A stretch of DNA of 64,000 nucleotides, taken from positions 18,138 to 82,137 of the forward strand of contig CAYHCG010000001.1 in assembly GCA_964355135.1 (NCBI GenBank). Reading direction: 5' to 3'. Origin of the DNA: Candidatus Woesearchaeota archaeon (lineage in GTDB: Archaea; Nanobdellota; Nanobdellia; Pacearchaeales; GW2011-AR1). Numbering within the stretch: the first letter of the stretch is position 1; each line of letters starts with the position of its first letter. The translations under genes and the position numbers were made by a program. The notes beneath the pieces were generated by a model. That model was not told the origin of the DNA. It saw nothing but the letters and a program-made list of their open reading frames with translations, and did no database searches. This document shows positions 36,527-45,061 of the stretch, in pieces.

Positions 36527-37534
36527 ATGGGTTTACAGATTGGAGATATTGTTCCTAGAAAGGACGTAAAGTTTGAAGAATTAAGAGGGAAAACGGTGGC
36601 AGTAGACGCTTTCAACGCCATTTATCAATTCTTATCTTCTATAAGACAAGCAGATGGAACTCCTTTAATGGATTCTCAACGTAGAGTTACTTCTCATCTG
36701 TCGGGATTATTTTATAGAAATATGGCTCTAATTGCCGAAGGAATAAAACTGATTTATGTTTTTGATGGGGAATATCATGTTCTAAAGGGAAAAACACATG
36801 ATCTAAGAAATGAAGCTAAAGCATCTGCTCAAGATAAATATGAAATTGCAAAGGATGAAGAAGATATTGAAGGCATGAATAAATATTCAAGAGGGTTTAT
36901 CCGCCTAGACAGTGAGAAAATAAAAGAGAGTAAGGAACTACTACATGCAATGGGAATCGCTGTTGTTGAGGCTCCTGGAGAGGGAGAGATGCAATGCGCG
37001 CAACTGGTCAAGGATGGGGAAGCATATGCAGTAGGTAGCCAGGATTATGATGCTTTAGCGGTCGGTGGAAGTAGACTGATACAGAATTTAACGCTAGCGA
37101 GAAAAAGAAAGACTAGGGCCGGAGAAGTATATATCTCTCCCGAGATGATAACGTATGATGAAGTACTTAATGAACTAGGGATCGATAGAGATCAGTTCAT
37201 TTCACTCGCAATACTTGTTGGCACGGACTTTAATCCAGGAGGAATAAGAGGCATCGGGCCAAAGAAAGCATTAACACTAGTACGACAGAAAAAGTATCCT
37301 GTGGATATTTTCAAGGAAGTGGAGCATCAACTGGATTTTGACTGGCAGGAAGTTTTCCAGATATTTAAAAAACCGAATGTAAAGAGCGTTAAAATTGTTT
37401 TTCCTAAATTGGATGAGGATAAAATTAAAGATATTTTAGTGCGGGAACATGAATTTTCCCTAGAGAGAATTGAAAATCACTTGCAGAAACTTAGGGATGA
37501 AAAACGCAAGAGTGCGCAGAGTAAGCTATTCTAG
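36527..37534 (+). CDS. fen: flap endonuclease 1
   Basis: MGLQIGDIVP...GKTVAVDAFNAIYQFLSSIRQ.DGTPL.D..GR.TSHL.G.FYR and GEGEMQCA. The C-terminal QSKLF is PIP-box-like. Confidence 0.93.
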   Translation: MGLQIGDIVPRKDVKFEELRGKTVAVDAFNAIYQFLSSIRQADGTPLMDSQRRVTSHLSGLFYRNMALIAEGIKLIYVFDGEYHVLKGKTHDLRNEAKASAQDKYEIAKDEEDIEGMNKYSRGFIRLDSEKIKESKELLHAMGIAVVEAPGEGEMQCAQLVKDGEAYAVGSQDYDALAVGGSRLIQNLTLARKRKTRAGEVYISPEMITYDEVLNELGIDRDQFISLAILVGTDFNPGGIRGIGPKKALTLVRQKKYPVDIFKEVEHQLDFDWQEVFQIFKKPNVKSVKIVFPKLDEDKIKDILVREHEFSLERIENHLQKLRDEKRKSAQSKLF

Positions 37535-37582
37535 TGATGAGAAAGGTAAGGGGAAGATTTGAGATAGTCGAGTAAAAAAGAT

Positions 37583-37795
37583 TTACTCATATTTATCCTT
37601 TTTGTCTTTATAGGCACCATTTCTGGCTGCTATTGCTATTCCCCCAACTACTACCGCCCCCAATAAAAGCTCTAAAGTAAGGCGGGGCGTAAAATCAAAA
37701 TTTCTAAAAGTGTTATCATAATTGTGCGCGTAATACAGTGTTGCTCCTGCAACTGCAGAAACCCCTAGCCCAAATAGAGTTGTTTTTATTGACAT
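37583..37795 (-). CDS. small two-TM membrane protein
   Basis: 70 aa, two hydrophobic helices and a K/D-rich tail. Confidence 0.4.
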   Translation of the reverse strand: MSIKTTLFGLGVSAVAGATLYYAHNYDNTFRNFDFTPRLTLELLLGAVVVGGIAIAARNGAYKDKKDKYE

Positions 37796-37915
37796 ATAAT
37801 TTGAGCATATTTTAGATTTATAATCTTTTCTACTTTAAGGGTAATTTAAATTACTGACTTTTTATTAGTGATAAATTGAAGAAAGATTTATAAATAACTT
37901 TAATGTAAGGGTAGT

Positions 37916-38674
37916 ATGCAAAAAAAGAGCGTGTATGGTTTGCTATTATTAGCTTTACTATTTTCTACTTTAGTCATTAGTTCTATTGAATTTGTTTCTG
38001 CACAGAGTGTTGTACCTGATTTCTTTAAAGACATATGGGCGCAGTGGAGCCAAGGAGCAGGAATATCTGAAAACTATGCTCGAGTAATGTTTTTGATCAT
38101 AATAGGCTTGTTGATTTATTCTGTTACCGATAAAATTCCTGGTCTTGCAGGCGAAGATAAAGGGTGGATGAGATGGGTGCTAGCAGGAGTAATTGCTTTT
38201 CTAAGCACCGCATATTTCACTCAAGCTGAAATTTATGCTTTGCTTATTAGTTATAGTGCCCTGGGCATTACGCTTGGTATGATTCTTCCTTTTCTTATAC
38301 TAGTGTTCTTTTCTTATGATATTATGGCCAATACTAACAATATTAGAAATGCTTGGGTTAGAAATTCTCTTGTGGTTATGTTATGGATCGTCTTCGGAGT
38401 ATATGTAGTAATTAGACTATTCAATACTAGCGGCGCAGCCATATCAGATCTTGGCAAGTATACCGGGTATATAATACTGCTCTTGATTATAGGATTTTTA
38501 ATAGGCCATAGATGGGTTGCAAGAAGAATCGTAAGAGGAGAAATAGAAGGAGAAGATGAAAATGTAGCTAGGACTATGGAAGGTTCCAGAAGATATACTG
38601 AATTACAAAACCAACAATTCGAAGCTATGGGAGTGGGAAGAAATGCTTCACGTAGAAGAAGAAGGAACGTATAA
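37916..38674 (+). CDS. signal-peptide polytopic membrane protein, family A (copy 1)
   Basis: Signal peptide ending VSAQ, several TM helices and a basic C-tail. YSALGITLGMILPFLILVFFSY aligns with YQTLGIAITVLLPFIIFFYFLH of 40094..40867. Confidence 0.55.
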   Translation: MQKKSVYGLLLLALLFSTLVISSIEFVSAQSVVPDFFKDIWAQWSQGAGISENYARVMFLIIIGLLIYSVTDKIPGLAGEDKGWMRWVLAGVIAFLSTAYFTQAEIYALLISYSALGITLGMILPFLILVFFSYDIMANTNNIRNAWVRNSLVVMLWIVFGVYVVIRLFNTSGAAISDLGKYTGYIILLLIIGFLIGHRWVARRIVRGEIEGEDENVARTMEGSRRYTELQNQQFEAMGVGRNASRRRRRNV

Positions 38675-38716
38675 GATTTCCAAAATTTATTTAAATTGAG
38701 TTTTTTATATACTATC

Positions 38717-39403
38717 ATGGATAAAAAAGGGTGCTTGTTTTTAGCAGTCATATTGTTAAGTTTATTTTTACTCAATGTTCATGCGCAGGTCCCCGATCCT
38801 GAGGCATTGCAGAATGATAGTGTTGTCAAAGGCGTAGAGAAGCTCCAGGAGCTTAGTGAAGAGGATAGATGGCAGAATATAAGCGTTCAGTGGAAAGAAA
38901 GTCTACTACAGGATCAATTTATTTCAGATATTGACACTTTTTTAAGAAAAATAGACATTGTTTTTGTTATTTTATTTGGTAGGAGTTATGATTTAAGTCT
39001 TGAACTATTATTTGCAGTAATACTTTGGGCGATAACCTTTGCTATGCTTCCAAAGTACCTTCTTTTCCTAAGGGAAAAATGGATGAGATATGCAGGCAGT
39101 TTTGTAATAGTAGTCGGTTTAGCAAATACACAATTGTTTAATGTTATATCTGCCGGACTGTTTAAACTCATCTTCTTCAAATACGAATGGTATTGGAAAG
39201 TTATAGCTTTGCTCGTTGTGTTAGTTGCCTTAATTGCCTATTATATATTCTTAAAATTCATTGGCAAATATTTCAAGAAAGGCAAGGAGAAGAAGGAAGC
39301 GCTCGAAGTAAAGAAAGAAAGAGCTGAAATAAAAGGTATTGTCAAAGGCATCGAGACTGCTAACAAAGTTGACGAATACGGGAACTCTGGTTATTCCGAA
39401 TGA
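38717..39403 (+). CDS. signal-peptide membrane protein, family B (copy 1)
   Basis: The listed 38696 is TTG. ATG 38717 gives the signal peptide MDKKGCLFLAVILLSLFLLNVHAQ. ILFGRSYDLSLELLFAVILW aligns with ILFGVEDKITLSKFIILLAVW of 39404..40018. Confidence 0.55.
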   Translation: MDKKGCLFLAVILLSLFLLNVHAQVPDPEALQNDSVVKGVEKLQELSEEDRWQNISVQWKESLLQDQFISDIDTFLRKIDIVFVILFGRSYDLSLELLFAVILWAITFAMLPKYLLFLREKWMRYAGSFVIVVGLANTQLFNVISAGLFKLIFFKYEWYWKVIALLVVLVALIAYYIFLKFIGKYFKKGKEKKEALEVKKERAEIKGIVKGIETANKVDEYGNSGYSE

Positions 39404-40018
39404 TTATTTTTTGTTAAATACTTTTGAAACTACTCTCATTATGCTTAAGCCTTTACCTGCTTCTAAGCCTGCGCCTTCTGCTTCACCTATTTGCATTTTA
39501 GTACTGATTTTATTAGATATTTTTATTATGATAAAGAATACTACCAGGACAACAAATATTGAGAAGAATAAAGCTCCTGCGCTCCAATCTTGGAAGAATT
39601 TAAGAGATGAAGCAAAGCTCAATAAGGCATTTGATAAGGTTATCATCACTTTTGTGATTGCTATTATGATCGTTATTGTTATACTCGCTATTACTTTTAT
39701 TGGGCCTTCCTTGAAGAAAGGCATTATTTTTACTATGTTTAGTATCATTAAAAATAACATGATCCAGACTGCTAAAAGAATGATAAATTTTGATAAAGTT
39801 ATCTTATCCTCAACTCCAAATAATATTCTGGCAATGACCTGAGTCCAATCCGGCAAGTCTATTTGTTTGTCTAATGCGACATTGGTGGCCGCTTTGAAGT
39901 TATTTGCAGAGATATTTTTAGGAATACTGTTAATATTATCGATTTGGTCTGGAGTCTGAGCGAAAATAAAAGGAATTAGAAATAGTAAGGCGATTGTGAC
40001 TAGTAGTGTCCTCTTCAT
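39404..40018 (-). CDS. signal-peptide membrane protein, family B (copy 2)
   Basis: The ATG at 40018 gives MKRTLLVTIALLFLIPFIFAQ. Convergent with, and abutting, 38717..39403. Confidence 0.55.
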   Translation of the reverse strand: MKRTLLVTIALLFLIPFIFAQTPDQIDNINSIPKNISANNFKAATNVALDKQIDLPDWTQVIARILFGVEDKITLSKFIILLAVWIMLFLMILNIVKIMPFFKEGPIKVIASITITIIIAITKVMITLSNALLSFASSLKFFQDWSAGALFFSIFVVLVVFFIIIKISNKISTKMQIGEAEGAGLEAGKGLSIMRVVSKVFNKK

Positions 40019-40093
40019 GAAGTAATCAGAAAAATAAAGCATATAAAAGTTTCCATTGATAATCTTTTTAAACTAAAGATTCATCAGTAGAGT

Positions 40094-40867
40094 ATGATAA
40101 AAAAGAGAAGTGCTGTATTTTTGATTTTTATAACCCTCTGTTTGCTACTGCCTTTAGTTAATGCGCAGGTCTTCTTTACAAGTCCTGGACAATTTATAAG
40201 AGATGCCATACAAGGAATAACTAGTGTTTTTGAGCCAGTATTTCAAGCTTTGTTTGGAGATTATACAACTGATGAATTTCTTTTTGCTAAAGTTCTTTTG
40301 CTAATATTGCTATTTGTTGTTATTTACGCCGCCGCTCAAAGAGTTGAGTTTCTGAAAAACAATAAGTCTGTTACTTATATTGTCGCGCTTATTATTTCTA
40401 TAATGGCAGTCAGGTTTATGCCAGAAGAAGGTCTAATTAAGGGAATTTTGTTGCCTTACCAGACCCTAGGCATAGCGATCACGGTCCTTTTGCCTTTTAT
40501 TATATTCTTTTACTTTTTGCATACAACAAACATGACTGGATTTGGGAGAAGGATGGGTTGGATATTTTTTGGGATAATTTTTCTGGTTTTATGGAACGCT
40601 AGGGCTAATGAGATTGGGACGATAGCAAATCAGATATACTTATGGACCACAATCGCACTCATTGTTGTTCTACTATTTGATAAGAATATACATTATTACT
40701 TTGGAAAACATGAGATGAGCATGTTTTATAGGGGAGCTGATCAAAGAACAATTGCGGGGTTACAGGCAGAATATTTGAATATCCTTCATGTCGACACAGC
40801 TGATGCTAAAAGAAGAAGGAAAGATATAGAAAGACAATTAAGAGACTTAAATGCCAGAGTTCCTTAA
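40094..40867 (+). CDS. signal-peptide polytopic membrane protein, family A (copy 2)
   Basis: Signal peptide ending VNAQ, multi-TM, with a basic coiled C-tail. Confidence 0.55.
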   Translation: MIKKRSAVFLIFITLCLLLPLVNAQVFFTSPGQFIRDAIQGITSVFEPVFQALFGDYTTDEFLFAKVLLLILLFVVIYAAAQRVEFLKNNKSVTYIVALIISIMAVRFMPEEGLIKGILLPYQTLGIAITVLLPFIIFFYFLHTTNMTGFGRRMGWIFFGIIFLVLWNARANEIGTIANQIYLWTTIALIVVLLFDKNIHYYFGKHEMSMFYRGADQRTIAGLQAEYLNILHVDTADAKRRRKDIERQLRDLNARVP

Positions 40868-40925
40868 AAATTTTGATGTGTTTATATTTAATTGATCAAT
40901 ACTGAGAGAATAGTTGATTAAAGAT

Positions 40926-41186
40926 TTATTTCATTCTTCTATAACCGACTACATGCTTGCCGTGATAGATTGGGACTTCTGCAGGTTGTTTGCCTCTTCT
41001 GCCGCCACCACTCTTTACGGTTATGAATAGACCCACTACTAATAATCCTAAGGAAACTATGACTAAAGGAAGAACTGGAACATCAGTTATGTAAGGAATA
41101 GCTGTTTTTACACTTGGGATGGAATATGAGGCAATACCTATTAGTCCTAACACAGATAGAACGATACCTAAAGTTTTTTTTATCAT
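40926..41186 (-). CDS. small two-TM membrane protein with basic tail
   Basis: 86 aa ending GGGRRGKQPAEVPIYHGKHVVGYRRMK. Confidence 0.45.
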   Translation of the reverse strand: MIKKTLGIVLSVLGLIGIASYSIPSVKTAIPYITDVPVLPLVIVSLGLLVVGLFITVKSGGGRRGKQPAEVPIYHGKHVVGYRRMK

Positions 41187-41222
41187 CTTCTCTCTTCTAA
41201 TAAGTGTTATTCAGGGAGATAT

Positions 41223-41768
41223 TTAAATGTTTTTGTCAGCTAAGAGCCATTCTGTTGGTAAAACTTTGCTGAGATCTGTTCTTTTCCACCGTAGGCCTGC
41301 TCTCACATGATCTCTTCTATCTTGAGATGCGTCGAATGCAGCGTTATCTCTGTATATTTTTACGCTGCAATTGGGAATTAGAAGACCATTTTCTAGTTGT
41401 AATGGACTTTTTATTCTTAATCTTAATGTCTCGTATCTGAAATCTTCTGATATGTCTTCTGTTACGTATCCCGTCTCTATAAAAACATATCCGACGTCTC
41501 TTTCACCATCTATTCCACAAAGGCCACAAAATGCTTCATCTGTTTCTTCTGTTATAGGATATTTTCCTCTTGATTCTAATTCTCTTGCCCCATGCCCATA
41601 TAAGAAAGGGTTCTTTTTTGGAGTTCTCTCTTCAAAGTAACCCAGATTTAAAGTTCCTTGCTCGTCTGCTAATCTTGAGTTTAGAGCTAAGATCAGACCC
41701 TCTAGATTGAATAACTCTAGGCGAGGATTTCCCGAAGGCTTAAAAATTATATTCCTAACTTGAACCAT
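41223..41768 (-). CDS. hypothetical protein, paralog pair member 2
   Basis: The ATG at 41768 has tatttaaa 26 nt upstream; the longer listed ORF would overlap the upstream gene. C-terminal DRRDHVRAGLRWKRTDLSKVLPTEW aligns with the paralog. Confidence 0.5.
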   Translation of the reverse strand: MVQVRNIIFKPSGNPRLELFNLEGLILALNSRLADEQGTLNLGYFEERTPKKNPFLYGHGARELESRGKYPITEETDEAFCGLCGIDGERDVGYVFIETGYVTEDISEDFRYETLRLRIKSPLQLENGLLIPNCSVKIYRDNAAFDASQDRRDHVRAGLRWKRTDLSKVLPTEWLLADKNI

Positions 41769-41789
41769 AGATTTTATCCAAAATAACTG

Positions 41790-41797
41790 TTTAAATA
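41790..41797 (-). promoter_or_regulatory. TATA-like box 26 nt upstream of ATG 41768
   Basis: The minus strand reads tatttaaa. Confidence 0.4.
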
Positions 41798-41811
41798 GTT
41801 TTATATTCAAT

Positions 41812-42267
41812 CTAATAGAACCATTCGGAATGCACAATGTTCTTAAGATCTGCTCCGCGCCATACCCTTCTCCCTTTTACATAGTCTCTTCTTGTGTCTG
41901 GGAGGAGGTCGAGCCCTACTCTTTGTCTAGTAAATATTATTTGAGATAATCTTGTTTGATCTTGGAATCTTATAGGCATTGTCAGGGTAATCTCTTCAAC
42001 TTCATATTCACTTCCTCGAAATCCTTTTTTGACTCCTATCGTTCCAACATTTCTATGACCAGGAATCACTGGGGGATATTGAAGCATAGGATATTCTCCA
42101 ATTGCTTCGATTTTAGTTGGCCTGTATTTATTGGGAATTATAAGTCCTCCAGGAATATATCTTCCTACTTCTATGCGCACTTGATTATCAAAAAGAGAGT
42201 TTAGGTTTCTCACTAACTTGTTTAGGATAAACAAATTTAGGCCAGGTTCTGTATGAAGTTTTTCCAT
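41812..42267 (-). CDS. hypothetical protein, paralog pair member 1
   Basis: The listed 42312 start is TTG. ATG 42267 has ttttatat 27 nt upstream. The C-terminus is TRRDYVKGRRVWRGADLKNIVHSEW. Confidence 0.5.
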   Translation of the reverse strand: MEKLHTEPGLNLFILNKLVRNLNSLFDNQVRIEVGRYIPGGLIIPNKYRPTKIEAIGEYPMLQYPPVIPGHRNVGTIGVKKGFRGSEYEVEEITLTMPIRFQDQTRLSQIIFTRQRVGLDLLPDTRRDYVKGRRVWRGADLKNIVHSEWFY

Positions 42268-42290
42268 GATTAATGGTGAAAAACTTCCGT

Positions 42291-42298
42291 ATATAAAA
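42291..42298 (-). promoter_or_regulatory. TATA-like box 27 nt upstream of ATG 42267
   Basis: The minus strand reads ttttatat. Confidence 0.4.
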
Positions 42299-42400
42299 TT
42301 ATGTTTTAGCAAGACTTTTAAAGGGATTTTTTAATAGGTAAGATGAAAAAAGGAGAATTGCTTTTAGTTAAGTTTAAAAGGTTCATTCCGACAAAATTTT

Positions 42401-43123
42401 ATGAGTAAAACAAACGGAGATCATAGAAGCGATAGAAAACTACTTGGAATTAGATATGCCGTTAGAGGGGGTTTAGAGATTCAATCAAGATTTCCATTTA
42501 CGGCGGATGACTATAGGGCAATGCTAGGAGTTCCAGCGATAATAGATAAATATGGGCTAGTAGATGAACTTGGATTTAAAAACTTTAGAATAACCAGCAG
42601 TTCCATTCATTTTGCTTTTAAAGGCAATGATAATAGGGCTTATGGGCCGGTCTACTCGGGATTACTAAGCCAGGAAGAGGCGCAAGGTTTAGGGGCCAGA
42701 CATTTAGAACAGGCAAGAAACATCTGCCCTATTAACCCTTTAAATTTTTCTGTTAGATTATCTCCCGATGAACGCGCTGAAAGAAACAGGAAACAAGGAA
42801 TAGAGAAATATGAAAGAAAGAGGGGTTGTTTTGCCATGACTCCCGCGCAGAAATTGGAAGCTGTTCGTAAAACGCACGCAACACGAGGAATAACTCCTTG
42901 GGGCGACGTAGAGGGAATGTATGCGATTGTTCTGTCCAGATTAGAGAGGTATCAATTTAAGAGAAAAAGGAAATGGTGCGGAGAATTAGAAACCTGTTTA
43001 AAAAAGAATGAAATAGCCAAAAAAGTAAATCTGGAATTTCACGGTGGAGAAGAAGTAAGAACAGAAGCGTCGATTAACAGTTTCCTTAAAAATAATGATC
43101 CTAGTGAATATGGATTAGGTTAA
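42401..43123 (+). CDS. hypothetical protein
   Basis: Clean 240-aa ORF, divergent from the paralog pair. No recognised motif. Confidence 0.5.
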   Translation: MSKTNGDHRSDRKLLGIRYAVRGGLEIQSRFPFTADDYRAMLGVPAIIDKYGLVDELGFKNFRITSSSIHFAFKGNDNRAYGPVYSGLLSQEEAQGLGARHLEQARNICPINPLNFSVRLSPDERAERNRKQGIEKYERKRGCFAMTPAQKLEAVRKTHATRGITPWGDVEGMYAIVLSRLERYQFKRKRKWCGELETCLKKNEIAKKVNLEFHGGEEVRTEASINSFLKNNDPSEYGLG

Positions 43124-43163
43124 TCAAGGAAACCTATATAAGTGAATTTTTCTTTATCATTAA

Positions 43164-43934
43164 ATGGCGAACTACGATATTGTTGGAAATATTGCAATTG
43201 TCAAATTCAAAAGAGAGGAACGTGCAGCGACTAAGAAGAAGTTTTCTTTAGAGTTTTTGGAAAAGACAAAGAATGTAACCACAATACTAGAAAAAAGCAA
43301 TAAGTTTTCAGGGAGATTGAGAACGCAGAGCACAAAATATCTTGCGGGAGATAAAACTAAAGAGGTTTTGTATAAGGAAAATGGATGTGTTTTTAGGTTT
43401 AATGTTGACACATGCTATTTCTCTCCCAGACTTGCAGCTGAACGGAGAGAGATTGCTGAAACTGTAAAACGTGGAGAGAAAGTATTAGTTATGTTTGGAG
43501 GAGTTGCACCCTTTGCTATTGTTATTGCAAAACTAAGTAAGGCTGCAAGTGTAGTTAGTGTTGAATTAGGGAGAGACTGTAGTAAATATGCTCTTGAGAA
43601 TGTTAAAAAGAATAAATTGATTAATGTAGAAATTGTGCAGGGAGACGTAAGAAAGAAACTCAAAGGAAGCAAGGAACGATTTGATAGAATTGTTATGGCG
43701 AGACCAAATTTGAAAGACTCTTTCTTAGATGTCGCTTTTCCCATAATAAAACAGGGAGGAATAATTCATTATTATGGATTTTATCCTGAGATAGAGAAGG
43801 ATAAATTGTTAGAAATGGTTAAAGAAGAGGCTAGTAAAGCTAAAAAGAAGATTAAGATTCTAAATGTAAAGAAAGCTGGCGAGATTGGTAAGAAGAAGTA
43901 TAGATTTAGGGTTGACTTGAAGATTTTGAATTAA
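43164..43934 (+). CDS. tRNA methyltransferase, Trm5/Taw22 (Met-10+) family
   Basis: N-terminus YDIVGNIAIVKF, the FSPRLAAER motif, and SAM motif VLVMFGGVAPFAI. Confidence 0.8.
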   Translation: MANYDIVGNIAIVKFKREERAATKKKFSLEFLEKTKNVTTILEKSNKFSGRLRTQSTKYLAGDKTKEVLYKENGCVFRFNVDTCYFSPRLAAERREIAETVKRGEKVLVMFGGVAPFAIVIAKLSKAASVVSVELGRDCSKYALENVKKNKLINVEIVQGDVRKKLKGSKERFDRIVMARPNLKDSFLDVAFPIIKQGGIIHYYGFYPEIEKDKLLEMVKEEASKAKKKIKILNVKKAGEIGKKKYRFRVDLKILN

Positions 43935-44803
43935 GCTGCATTTTCGTATCTTGGCTTGAAAGCATTTGTATCTATCTCCCCATTAGTGAAGGTTCTCACT
44001 TCCGAATCAATTATTGCCTGGCCATTTTGATAAACAACTCCTTGGAATGTGTAAGATACCCTATTTCCTCTTCCTAGTTTTGCCACTTCATAAACGTCTA
44101 TTCTTGTTTTGCCGGTCCTAAGCTCACCGTAGGAAGTGCTTTTCATCCCAATATTCTTTCCCCCTATGTTTTTACCACTTGTTGCGTTTAGATCATTTAC
44201 AAAGGATAGTAGCGTTGAGGGAACTCTTGCAATTCCTAGAGAGAATGGAACTTCCTTTACAGGGGCCTCTCTTAATCCTTCATAAAAATCTCTAACTTCT
44301 TCCGGAGTTATATCAATGTCCTGTCTATAAACAAGCTTTTCGGGGTCATATGTTCTTGGAGAAGGTCTTTCTGTACTAAATTCGGATACTAATTCTACTC
44401 TTGGTTTTTTAGTTGAATCAGAATGAGGAACTATCAACCTGTAGCTTCTGACATTTTCCCCTCCTTGTTCTGTGTCTATCCTCCAATTTATTGGTTCGCC
44501 AGGATAGACAGGGTCTCTGAAAGTGACTTCTTGTGAAGCGAAGTAAAAAGTTTTATCAGGAGATTGCATGACTGATAATAGGTTTCTAGCTATTCTTCCT
44601 CCAATTGAAGCTAAATGGACCCCAATAACAGGAGTGTCGGTAAATTCAAATTGCTTGGCTACTTCTACATTTCGGTGAATAGGCGAATAGTCGTGGACTA
44701 CATCCCCAAATCTTGCAATATCTTCTCTTGAAAGGGTTATTCCATTAATACTTTCAAGTACTTCTTTGTCTTTACCACCAGTTAAAAATCTAAATATATC
44801 CAT
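43931..44803 (-). CDS. MaoC-like (hotdog-fold) domain protein
   Basis: FGDVVHDYSPIHRNVEVAKQ..F.DTPVIGVHL resembles the MaoC dehydratase motif (D.NPIH...A). The C-terminal half may be a second hotdog-like unit. Confidence 0.5.
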   Translation of the reverse strand: MDIFRFLTGGKDKEVLESINGITLSREDIARFGDVVHDYSPIHRNVEVAKQFEFTDTPVIGVHLASIGGRIARNLLSVMQSPDKTFYFASQEVTFRDPVYPGEPINWRIDTEQGGENVRSYRLIVPHSDSTKKPRVELVSEFSTERPSPRTYDPEKLVYRQDIDITPEEVRDFYEGLREAPVKEVPFSLGIARVPSTLLSFVNDLNATSGKNIGGKNIGMKSTSYGELRTGKTRIDVYEVAKLGRGNRVSYTFQGVVYQNGQAIIDSEVRTFTNGEIDTNAFKPRYENAA

Positions 44804-44853
44804 ATTAGAACTAATGAATTTTGTCTTTTAAAGCTTACTAATTTGAGGTTTTA

Positions 44854-45027
44854 TCAATTTCTTCTTAATTTGGGGGAGAGTTGCTTGAGAACAGCTATGT
44901 CGTTAGCGTGGCCGCTGTATTGTACTATGACGTGAACTCCTTCGAGTCTTCCGTCTAATAATGCAATTGCCCCTAAGCGATCGACTATTGTGTGGCAGGC
45001 TATTTCGGCAGGATAGCTCGTCCATCA
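44854..45027 (-). other. GC-rich island: frameshifted small ORF or structured RNA
   Basis: It is markedly GC-richer than its flanks. ATGATG opens a frame that stops after 42 codons. The +1 frame is open for 56 codons (..SYPAEIACHTIVDRLGAIALLDGRLEGVHVIVQYSGHANDIAVLKQLSPKLRRN*) but has no start codon. Confidence 0.3.
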
Positions 45028-45061
45028 TTATTTCTTTAAAATAGGGTTTAAAAGATTATAG

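Noticed and set aside
39339-39842. 167-aa plus-strand ORF.
   Set aside because: It lies wholly antisense to the family-B membrane gene 39404..40018, which has a signal peptide and a paralog. The shadow ORF has neither.
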